Shown here piece by piece: positions 35,143 to 42,957 of a stretch of DNA of 64,000 nucleotides. The stretch comes from an uncultured Rickettsiales bacterium (GTDB lineage Bacteria; Myxococcota_A; UBA796; UBA9615; CAYRNR01). The notes under the pieces were generated by a model. It searched no databases and was not told where the DNA came from. It saw only the letters and a program-made list of their open reading frames with translations. Where the stretch lies: positions 25,701 to 89,700 of the forward strand of contig CAZOYV010000001.1 in NCBI GenBank assembly GCA_964584075.1, written 5' to 3'. Both the position numbers and the translations under genes were made by a program. Numbering within the stretch: the first letter of the stretch is position 1; every line of letters starts with the position of its first letter.

Positions 35143-37074
35143 ATGGGCTCCTCGGTCCTGCCGGCATCCGGTCCGTGGCGGGTGCGCGACCCGCTCGTGA
35201 TCCTGGTGCTCGCCCTGGGCATCCGGGTGCTCTACCTCGCCGACTTCCAGGCCGATCCGTTCGCCCACGATCTGGTCAGCAACGCCGGGCTGTACCACCA
35301 GCTGGGCCAGGAGATCGCCCGCGGGGAGGGGCTCTCGGTGACCTCGGGGGCCCAGCCGCTGTACCCCCACGCGCTCGGCGCCTGCTACCGCCTGGTGGGC
35401 CCGTCCCCCCACGCGATCCGCCTCCTGCAGGCCCTGCTCGGCGGGCTGACCGCGGCCCTGCTGACCGTCCTCGCCGGTCGCCTCGGGGGCCGGAGCGCCG
35501 GGCTGGCCGCCGGGCTCGCCTGGTCGCTGTTCTGGCCCTCGGTGTACTACGCCGGGGAGCTCCTGCCCGACACGCTGGGCTGCGCGCTGATCGTCGCCGC
35601 GCTGGTGCTGCTGGCGCGGGCCGTGGAGCGCGGGGGCGCCGCGCGCTGGATCGCCGGCGCGCTGCTGCTGGGCCTGGCGGGGCTGCTCAAGCCCAACACC
35701 CTGCTGCTGTCCCCCTGGCCGGCGGTGGCGGTGCTGCTCGCGCCCGGCCTGGCGCGACCGGTCCGCCTGCGCCGCGCCGCGACGGCGCTGGTGGTCCCCG
35801 CCGCGGCGGTGCTGCTGCTCGCGGCGGGCTCGGTGCTGTACGCCGGGGACGAGGGCGGCAGCTCGGCCCACTTCGCCGCCAAGTCGCTGTGGGACGGCAA
35901 CCACGCCGGCGCCGACGGGATCAACCCGTTCATGGGCGAGTTCGACCACGTCCGCGGGTGGGACGTGTGGGACGATCCCGAGGACAGCGAGGCGATCGCC
36001 CGCGCGTTCGGCCAGGACCTGCGGGCCTTCGTCCGCGAGCAGCCCGGCGCGTTCCTGGCGCTGCAGGCGCGCAAGGCCGTGATCTTCCTGAGCCACCAGG
36101 AGGTGGGGAACAACGCCACGATCCCCTGGCGCCGCGCGCGCTCCCGGGTGCTGGCCCCCCCGGTGTGGCTCGGCTTCGGCGGGCTGGCGCTGCTCGCGGC
36201 ACCGGGCTGGGCCGTCGCGCTGCGCCGCTGGCGGGCGCTGGTCCTGCCGCTCGGCTGGCTGCTGACCTGGTCGGCGAGCATCGTGGCGATCCTCGTCGCG
36301 GGGCGCTACCGGCTCCCCGCGGCCGCGCTGCTGTGCTGCCTCGCGGGGCTGGGGGTGGCGTCCGTGCTCGACGGCATCCGCGCCGGGGACCGGCGGACGC
36401 TGGTGCGGGCCGCGGTGGTCGCCGCGGTGGTCGCCGCCGTGACGTTCCCCGACTACCTCGGGCTGCGCCGCTACCGCATCGCGTCCGTGATCGACCTCGA
36501 GGCTGGGGTGCTCGAGCGTGCCGGCGCCGTCGAGGCCGCCGCGCAGCGCTACCGGACGGGCATCGACCTGCCTCGCGGAGGAGCGAGCCTGCAGCGCAGC
36601 TACGGGCTGTTCCTGGTTCGCCAGGGCCGGGCCGAGGAGGGGCTGCGGCAGATGACCGAGGCCACCGGCCGCGCGCCGGACGACGCCAGCCTGCACAAGG
36701 ACCTCGGCGCCACCCTGCGCGAGACGGGGCGACCGCTGGACGCCCGGGAGAGCCTGCTGCGCGCGAAGGCGCTGGACCCCGGCGACGGCGGGATCCGGTA
36801 CGACCTGGGCCTCGTGTGGATGGACCTGGGACGGCCGGAGGAGGCCCAGCGGGAGTTCACCGCGGCCCTCGCCGAGGGGGCCGACTGGGGCGACGTGTGG
36901 CTGATGCGCGGGGTCGCCCGGGCGCAGCTGCAGCGGTACGACGAGGCCGAGGCGGACCTGCGCGAGGCGCTGATCCGGATGCCGGGAGATTGCAGGGTGC
37001 GCTCGAATCTGGGATTGCTGTACCAGCGGACCGGGCGCGAGGACGAGGCCCGGGAGGTGCGGGACGGATGCTGA
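35143..37074 (+). CDS. Glycosyltransferase family 39/83 (ArnT/PMT-like) membrane protein with C-terminal TPR repeats
   Basis: N-terminal roughly 400 aa polytopic (LVILVLALGIRVLYLADF, WSLFWPSVYYAGELLPDTLGCALIVAALVLLA). The C-terminal roughly 200 aa has TPR-like repeats (YRTGIDL..., LGLVWMDLGRPEEAQREF, RSNLGLLYQRTGREDEA). Confidence 0.6.
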   Translation: MGSSVLPASGPWRVRDPLVILVLALGIRVLYLADFQADPFAHDLVSNAGLYHQLGQEIARGEGLSVTSGAQPLYPHALGACYRLVGPSPHAIRLLQALLGGLTAALLTVLAGRLGGRSAGLAAGLAWSLFWPSVYYAGELLPDTLGCALIVAALVLLARAVERGGAARWIAGALLLGLAGLLKPNTLLLSPWPAVAVLLAPGLARPVRLRRAATALVVPAAAVLLLAAGSVLYAGDEGGSSAHFAAKSLWDGNHAGADGINPFMGEFDHVRGWDVWDDPEDSEAIARAFGQDLRAFVREQPGAFLALQARKAVIFLSHQEVGNNATIPWRRARSRVLAPPVWLGFGGLALLAAPGWAVALRRWRALVLPLGWLLTWSASIVAILVAGRYRLPAAALLCCLAGLGVASVLDGIRAGDRRTLVRAAVVAAVVAAVTFPDYLGLRRYRIASVIDLEAGVLERAGAVEAAAQRYRTGIDLPRGGASLQRSYGLFLVRQGRAEEGLRQMTEATGRAPDDASLHKDLGATLRETGRPLDARESLLRAKALDPGDGGIRYDLGLVWMDLGRPEEAQREFTAALAEGADWGDVWLMRGVARAQLQRYDEAEADLREALIRMPGDCRVRSNLGLLYQRTGREDEAREVRDGC

Positions 37075-37090
37075 TCGCGGCGGAGCACCG

Positions 37091-37828
37091 ATGAGCCGGG
37101 CGGCCTTCCGGGCGATGGCCCTGATCCCGGCGTGGAACGAGGGGCACCGCGTCGTCGAGCGGGTGATCGGGCGCGTGCCGCGCGACGAGGTCGCCGAGGT
37201 GCTGCTGGTCGACGACGGGTCCCGCGACGACACCGCGGCGGTGGCCCGCGAGGCCGGCGCGACGGTGGTCTCCCACGCCCGCAACCGCGGGGTCGGCGCC
37301 GCGATCCGCACCGGGATCCACCACGCCCGCGACCGCGGGTTCGACGCGGTGGTCGTGCTCAACGCCGCGGGCAAGTTCGACCCCCGCCGCGTCGGGGACC
37401 TGCTGGGCCCGCTGCGCGCCGGCGAGGCGGATCTGGTCCAGGGCTCCCGCTACGTCCAGCGCCGCCGCGACCACCGGATGCCGCTGTACCGCCGGGTGGC
37501 GACCCGGGCGTACTCCGCGAGCTTCACCGTCCTGCTGGGGCACCGCATCACCGACGGGACGTCGGGGATCCGGGCGTTCCGGACCGTCCTGATCGATCAC
37601 CCGGGGATCGACCTCGACCAGCGCTGGCTGGACGGCTACGAGCTGGAACCGTACCTTCTGTGGAAGTCGGTCGAGTGCGGCTTCCGCGTCCGGGAGGTGC
37701 CGATCACGCTGCGGTACCCCAGCACCGACTACACCCGGATGCGGCCGCTGCTGGACTGGTGGCGGATCTACCGGCCGCTGCTGCGGCTCAAGGCCGAGCA
37801 GCTCGGCGCGGCGAGGAGGAGGCGATGA
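37091..37828 (+). CDS. GT2 polyprenyl-phosphate sugar synthase (DPM1/ArnC-like)
   Basis: LIPAWNEG..., LLVDDGSRDDT, VVVLNAAGKFDP, LVQGSRY and ITDGTSGIRAF, typical of the GT-A DxD family Dpm1/ArnC. Confidence 0.75.
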   Translation: MSRAAFRAMALIPAWNEGHRVVERVIGRVPRDEVAEVLLVDDGSRDDTAAVAREAGATVVSHARNRGVGAAIRTGIHHARDRGFDAVVVLNAAGKFDPRRVGDLLGPLRAGEADLVQGSRYVQRRRDHRMPLYRRVATRAYSASFTVLLGHRITDGTSGIRAFRTVLIDHPGIDLDQRWLDGYELEPYLLWKSVECGFRVREVPITLRYPSTDYTRMRPLLDWWRIYRPLLRLKAEQLGAARRRR

Positions 37829-38811
37829 CCGAGGCGACCCGGGTCGAGAGGCAGGCGCTGCAGGGTCGCCGGGTGCTGGTCACCGGCGGGGCCGGCTTCG
37901 TCGGCTCGCAGCTGGTTGCGCGGCTGCGCGAGGCGGGCGCGGAGGTGACCGTGCTCGACGACCTGTTCACCGGCCGCGCCGACGCCCTGCCCCCCGACGT
38001 GACGCTGGTGCAGGCCTCGGTCACGGACGCGGACGCGGTGAGCCGGAGCGTCGCCGGCCAGGACTACGTGTTCCACCTGGCCGCGCGGAACATCCTGGTC
38101 TCCACCCGGGACCCGGTCCAGGACTACGCCACCAACATCGGCGGCACGCTCAACGTGCTGATGGCGGCCCGGGCCCACGAGGCCACGGTCCGGCGGGTGC
38201 TGTACAGCTCCTCGGCCTCGGTCTACGGCAACCCGCGCAACGCGTTCTGCCACGAGGACGACCCGGTCTACTGCCTGTCCCCCTACGCCGCGAGCAAGCT
38301 CGGCGGCGAGAGCTACTGCGCCGCGTTCTTCGAGTCCTACGCCGTGCCCACCACGATCGTGCGGTACTCCAACGTCTACGGCGACGGCCAGGACACCCGC
38401 AACCCGTACTGCGGGGTGGTCTCGCGGTTCCTCGCCGCGGCCCACGCCGGCACGCCGCTGCAGATCCACGGCGACGGCCTGCAGACCCGCGACTACACCT
38501 ACGTCCAGGACGCGGTCGAGGCGACCGTGCTGGCGGCGATCTCGCCCCGCACCGTCGGCGAGATCTACAACATCGGCACCGGCGTCGAGACCAGCGTCAA
38601 GGAGCTGGCCCACCAGGTCGCCTCGCTGTTCGGGGACGAGGTCGCCGTGGAGCACGTCGACGTGCGCGACATCGACAACCTGCGGCGCCGCGTGATGAGC
38701 ATCGAGCGGACCCGCAAGGCCCTGCGGTGGGTCCCGCGGTCCACCCTGCGGGACGGGCTGCGCCGCACGCTGGCGTGGTTCCGGGCCCACCCGGACGCCC
38801 TGACGAGCTGA
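37825..38811 (+). CDS. NAD-dependent sugar epimerase/dehydratase (UDP-glucuronate decarboxylase / UDP-glucose 4-epimerase family)
   Basis: VLVTGGAGFVGSQLV Rossmann motif, S...YAASK catalytic triad context (LSPYAASKLGGE), and ATGA overlap with the upstream GT2 gene. Confidence 0.8.
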   Translation: MTEATRVERQALQGRRVLVTGGAGFVGSQLVARLREAGAEVTVLDDLFTGRADALPPDVTLVQASVTDADAVSRSVAGQDYVFHLAARNILVSTRDPVQDYATNIGGTLNVLMAARAHEATVRRVLYSSSASVYGNPRNAFCHEDDPVYCLSPYAASKLGGESYCAAFFESYAVPTTIVRYSNVYGDGQDTRNPYCGVVSRFLAAAHAGTPLQIHGDGLQTRDYTYVQDAVEATVLAAISPRTVGEIYNIGTGVETSVKELAHQVASLFGDEVAVEHVDVRDIDNLRRRVMSIERTRKALRWVPRSTLRDGLRRTLAWFRAHPDALTS

Positions 38812-38841
38812 CGCCGGTCCGCTCGGCGCGCGGGGGGCGCG

Positions 38842-39831
38842 TCAGCGCGAGAACCGCTCCCCGATCACGGGGATCCGGCCCTCGTGGAGCTCGTCGAGCA
38901 TCCCCTGCATCCGCCGGCGCACGTCCTCGACGCAGCGCGCGAGCACGTCGTCGCGGTCGGCGTCCGCGGGGCCGAGCTCCGGCCAGCGGATCGGGGCGCC
39001 GAACCGCAGGGTCGTCTGGGCCGGCAGCGGCAGGTACGGCAGGAAGCCGACGGTCACGCCCCACGGCAGCGAGAGCACCACCGGGAACGCCTCGTTGCGC
39101 AGCAGCCTGTCCATCCGCAGCGCCCGCGCGATGCGGCGCCCGCGGCGCAGCACGATCAGCTGCTCGTGGGTCCCCGCGGTGACCAGCGGGACGATCGGCA
39201 CGCCCTCGCGCAGCGCCAGGCGGACGAAGCCCGTCCGTCCCTCGAGGAACACCCGCCCGCGGTCGCGGAACGGGCGCCACGAGTCCATGTCCGAGCCCGG
39301 GTAGACCAGCACCAGCCGCCCGGCGCGCAACGCCCGCGCGGCGGTCTCCGGGTTGGCCCGGATCAGCCCCAGCGCGGTGAGCACCCGCCGCATCGCGTCG
39401 TCGGCCGCGAGCAGGTCGTGGCCCAGCGCGTTGAGCTCGCGCTCGACCCCCAGGTGGTCGCGGATCGCCAGCGCGGTGAAGAACGCGTCGGTCCACAGCA
39501 GGCCGCCGTTGTGGTTGCCCACGATCAGCGCCGGGCCCTCGGCGGGGACGTGCTCGATGCCGCGGACGCGCAGGTCGAAGTAGTGGCGCGCCAGCGGGCG
39601 CATCGCGTCGAGCACCACGTCGACGAACTCGGGATCGCGCTCGTCGAGCAGGTCGCCCCAGTCGGTCTTGCGCCACGCCGGGTTGGCGTAGCCGACCACC
39701 GAGAACAGCACGTGGAACGGCTCGAGGTGCAGCAGGTCGGCGGGGCCCACGTGGCGCCGGGCGCGGGACAGCCAGTCGCGGGCCCCGTCCAGGGCGCGGC
39801 GGCGTCTGCGGCGGTCGTCGTCGCGGGTCAT
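38842..39831 (-). CDS. Lysophospholipid (1-acyl-glycerol-3-phosphate) acyltransferase family protein
   Basis: ATG at 39831 (MTRDDDRRRR). LIVGNHNGGLLWTD, ...LVYPGSD... and PIVPL blocks in PlsC-like order. Confidence 0.55.
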   Translation of the reverse strand: MTRDDDRRRRRRALDGARDWLSRARRHVGPADLLHLEPFHVLFSVVGYANPAWRKTDWGDLLDERDPEFVDVVLDAMRPLARHYFDLRVRGIEHVPAEGPALIVGNHNGGLLWTDAFFTALAIRDHLGVERELNALGHDLLAADDAMRRVLTALGLIRANPETAARALRAGRLVLVYPGSDMDSWRPFRDRGRVFLEGRTGFVRLALREGVPIVPLVTAGTHEQLIVLRRGRRIARALRMDRLLRNEAFPVVLSLPWGVTVGFLPYLPLPAQTTLRFGAPIRWPELGPADADRDDVLARCVEDVRRRMQGMLDELHEGRIPVIGERFSR

Positions 39832-39960
39832 CCAGCCTCCGGCCCCATCCTCCCGCCGGTTCCTCACGATACGGTCCGTCGCCCCCCCCGTCCAGCGGCC
39901 GCCGGTCGCCCCGCGGCGGTCCAGGTGCAGTATCCTGGCCGGACGGGAAGGGAGGACGTG

Positions 39961-40431
39961 ATGGCGCGCAGCTATCGCACGGAGCAGCGGATCGAGGGCG
40001 CGGCCGACGAGGTCGTCCGGCTGATGATCGACCGGGAGACCCACGACGCGCTGCTGCACAGCCTCGGCACGACGGTCGAGGACTATCGCGAGGAGCGGGA
40101 CGGCGACGTCGTGCGCACCGTGGTCACCACCGCGGAGAAGGCGATGCAGGGCGCCACGACCCACCGCGCGACGCTCGAGACCACCTGGGATCTCCCCGCC
40201 CGCCGCTGCACCTGGACCCGCCGCGACCACACCTTCGGCGACCGGGTCCGGGCCGAGGGCCGCACCGTGGTCGAGCCCCGCGGGGACGACGCCTGCGCCG
40301 TGATCGAGACCGGCGAGATCGAGGTCGAGGTCCCGCTGATGGGCAAGCGCATCGAGCGCAAGGTGGTCGAGCAGATGGAGCAGCTCGCGCCGCGCAAGGC
40401 CGCGTTCTGGACCGAGCGGCTGCGCTCCTGA
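39961..40431 (+). CDS. Hypothetical soluble protein (156 aa; DUF2505/SRPBCC-like guess)
   Basis: ATG at 39961 (MARSYRTEQRIEGAADEVVRLMIDRETHDALLHSLG...). Balanced composition. Confidence 0.4.
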   Translation: MARSYRTEQRIEGAADEVVRLMIDRETHDALLHSLGTTVEDYREERDGDVVRTVVTTAEKAMQGATTHRATLETTWDLPARRCTWTRRDHTFGDRVRAEGRTVVEPRGDDACAVIETGEIEVEVPLMGKRIERKVVEQMEQLAPRKAAFWTERLRS

Positions 40432-40450
40432 CCCGTCCGCCCCTCCGCGC

Positions 40451-41467
40451 TCAGTGCTTCAGCAGGTAGTGCAGGACGATCCACAGCAGCAGCGACGTCG
40501 TCGTCAGCGCCGAGATCGCCATCCCGATCGCCATCGAGCGCTTGATCGCGGCCGACGAGAACCCCTCGCTAGGCGGCGCCGCGTTGAACGCCGCCACGGC
40601 AGCCTCGAGATCCTCGCGGGAGCGGATGTCCGACTCGGTGGGGATCTGCCCCGTGACGAAGTGCTGCGCGTAGGGGAAGCACGCCACCACGGAGGGCTCG
40701 GGCGCGAACAGCCCCTCGTGCCACGACAGCTCCTCGAGCGTCACCGCGTCCAGCGGGATGCGCAGCGCGCGCTCCATCTCGCCGGGCTCGAAGACCAGCC
40801 CGAACGGGACCCCGCGCCCGTCGTCGAGGTGCCCGCCGTAGGACACCGAGAGGTTGCCCTCGAGCCACAGCCGCTGGTCCAGCGGGGTCTCCACCCCGGC
40901 GCGCACGTCCGCCACCGCCGCGATGCGCCGCGCCGGCTGGGCCCGCGGCACGTCCACGACGACCTCGCCGCGGTGGGTCGTGGTCACCACCGCCCCCCGC
41001 GCGCCGCCGTCGACGAAGCCCTGCCCCGGGTCGTAGCTCAGCGTGTCGCTGTCGTAGTCGACGATGACCCACGACATCATCCCGCTGTCCTCGTGCTCGG
41101 CGATCACGTACATCTCGACGCGGCTGCCCCAGAACGCGCTGGTGTGGACCGTGAAGGCCCCGAAGATCACGGTCGGCCGGGGCTCGTCGTCCTCGAAGAT
41201 CCGCGTCGGAACGATGCGGTAGCCCCGGGGGAGCAGGGCCTCTGCGCGCTCCACGTCGGTGATCTCGTGGCACAGGAACAGCGCGTAGGGCTCGACCACG
41301 AACCCCATGTAGGGGTTCTTCCGCGACGAGCTCTCCTGGATCCTCGCCTGGACCCCCGCCGGGAGCTTGCCGAGCAGCGAACCGAACAGCGAGATGATCG
41401 CGACCTCGTCGGGGTGCACCATCCGCTCGGCGCGCCGGGCGTACTCGTTCGTCGGATCTGCCTTCAT
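40451..41467 (-). CDS. Hypothetical protein with a C-terminal transmembrane anchor
   Basis: The likely start is MKADPTNEYARRAERMVHPDEV at about 41467. The C-terminus is hydrophobic (MAIGMAISALTTTSLLLWIVLHYLLKH). Confidence 0.4.
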   Translation of the reverse strand: MKADPTNEYARRAERMVHPDEVAIISLFGSLLGKLPAGVQARIQESSSRKNPYMGFVVEPYALFLCHEITDVERAEALLPRGYRIVPTRIFEDDEPRPTVIFGAFTVHTSAFWGSRVEMYVIAEHEDSGMMSWVIVDYDSDTLSYDPGQGFVDGGARGAVVTTTHRGEVVVDVPRAQPARRIAAVADVRAGVETPLDQRLWLEGNLSVSYGGHLDDGRGVPFGLVFEPGEMERALRIPLDAVTLEELSWHEGLFAPEPSVVACFPYAQHFVTGQIPTESDIRSREDLEAAVAAFNAAPPSEGFSSAAIKRSMAIGMAISALTTTSLLLWIVLHYLLKH

Positions 41468-41668
41468 CGGTGCTCCTCGCAGCGAAGCCTCCGGGACGAT
41501 ATCAGGCCGGCGCCGGCGGTGCGCAACGGGGGACCTCGACCCCATGGTGAACCTCATGATGAACTCGTGCGTTTGGCGCGATGGTCCTGGCGCGTTCCTG
41601 CGGTATCCTGTCTGTAGGGCCAACCGCCACGTGAGATCGATTCCGTGGTCGCCCGCACGGGAGGACAC

Positions 41669-41854
41669 ATGGACGCACTCCGGAGACTTCACACGGACGA
41701 GTCCGGGCAGGGCATGACCGAGTACATCCTGATCGTCGTGTTCGTGGCGATCGCGGTGCTGATCGTGCTCGGGATCTTCAAGGACCAGATCAAGCGGCTG
41801 TTCCGCGAGAGCAACCAGGAGCTGACCAACATCAACGTCGCGCCGACGCCGTAG
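41669..41854 (+). CDS. flp: Flp/Fap family type IVb pilin
   Basis: MDALRRLHTDESGQGMTEYILIVVFVAIAVLIVLGIF contains the Flp motif G-x4-EY followed by a hydrophobic helix. No tad genes lie nearby in the window. Confidence 0.6.
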   Translation: MDALRRLHTDESGQGMTEYILIVVFVAIAVLIVLGIFKDQIKRLFRESNQELTNINVAPTP

Positions 41855-41879
41855 GTCCGGACCGCCGCCAGCCTCCCCG

Positions 41880-42947
41880 TCAGGGCTCCAGCTGGAACCC
41901 GAGGCCCGGTTCGTCCCGCGGGTACAGCACCCCGTCGCGCAGGATCACGGCGTCGCGCGCCGGATCGTCGATCAGATCGAGGTGGCCGTCCAGGTCGGCG
42001 TAGCGCACGTTGGGCCGCGCCAGCGCCATGTGCAGCCCGGCGGCGATCGCCAGGCCGGACTCGTCCATGCAGCCGATCATCGCCTCGAGGCCGGCGGCCC
42101 GGGCCACCGAGTTGACGTGCATCGCCTGGGCGATCCCGCCGACCTTCATCAGCTTGATGTTGACCATGTCCACCAGGTCGCGCCGCGCCAGGCGGAACGC
42201 GTCGCGCAGCGTCATCAGGCTCTCGTCGGCCATCACCGGGATCGAGACCTGCCGGGTCACGCGGCCCAGCAGATCGGGCTGGCCCCGGGGGGTGGGCTGC
42301 TCGAGCAGCTCGAGATCGGCGTCCTCGGTGCGCCACACCAGCCGCTGGGCCTGCTCCACCGTGTAGCCCTGGTTGGCGTCGAACCGCAGCTGCACCTCGG
42401 GGCCCACCGCGCTGCGCACGGCCAGGACGCGGGCGATGTCCTCGTCCACGTCGGCGCCGCCCTTGAGCTTGAGGCTCGAGAACCCCTGCTCCACCAGATC
42501 GCGGGCCCGCGCGACGGTCTCGTCGAGGGGCCGGATCCCGATCGTGACGCTGGTGGCGATGTGGTCGCGGTACCCGCCCAGCAGCTGCCACAGCGGCAGC
42601 CCGCTGACCTGGCCCAGCAGGTCGTGCAGCGCCATGTCCAGCGCCGCGAGCGCCGAGGGCCGCGCGCCGAGCTCGTCGCGGAGCTGTTCCAGCAGCAGCG
42701 TCCGCCGCAGCGGGTCGGCGCCGTGCAGCACCGGCTCGGCGTCCTCGCGGAGGCAGGCCAGCACCTCCGCGGCGGTCTCCCCCGTGACCTCGAGGTCCGG
42801 CGCGGCGCAGCCGCACCCCACCAGCCCCTCGTCGGTGGCCACCCGCACGAACACGTTGGTCGTCGAGCTCACCGTCTCGTAGGCGATCGTGTACGGCTCG
42901 GTCAGCCGCATCGAGTGGCTCCAGGCCTCCACCGCGGTCACGCGCAT
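41880..42947 (-). CDS. Enolase-superfamily dipeptide epimerase (L-Ala-D/L-Glu epimerase / DgcA-like N-acyl-amino-acid racemase family)
   Basis: LKLKGG (KxK), DANQGY, MADESL and KLMKVGG are the canonical MR/MLE-subgroup catalytic motifs. 355 aa. Confidence 0.75.
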   Translation of the reverse strand: MRVTAVEAWSHSMRLTEPYTIAYETVSSTTNVFVRVATDEGLVGCGCAAPDLEVTGETAAEVLACLREDAEPVLHGADPLRRTLLLEQLRDELGARPSALAALDMALHDLLGQVSGLPLWQLLGGYRDHIATSVTIGIRPLDETVARARDLVEQGFSSLKLKGGADVDEDIARVLAVRSAVGPEVQLRFDANQGYTVEQAQRLVWRTEDADLELLEQPTPRGQPDLLGRVTRQVSIPVMADESLMTLRDAFRLARRDLVDMVNIKLMKVGGIAQAMHVNSVARAAGLEAMIGCMDESGLAIAAGLHMALARPNVRYADLDGHLDLIDDPARDAVILRDGVLYPRDEPGLGFQLEP

Positions 42948-42957
42948 CGGTCCGTCC

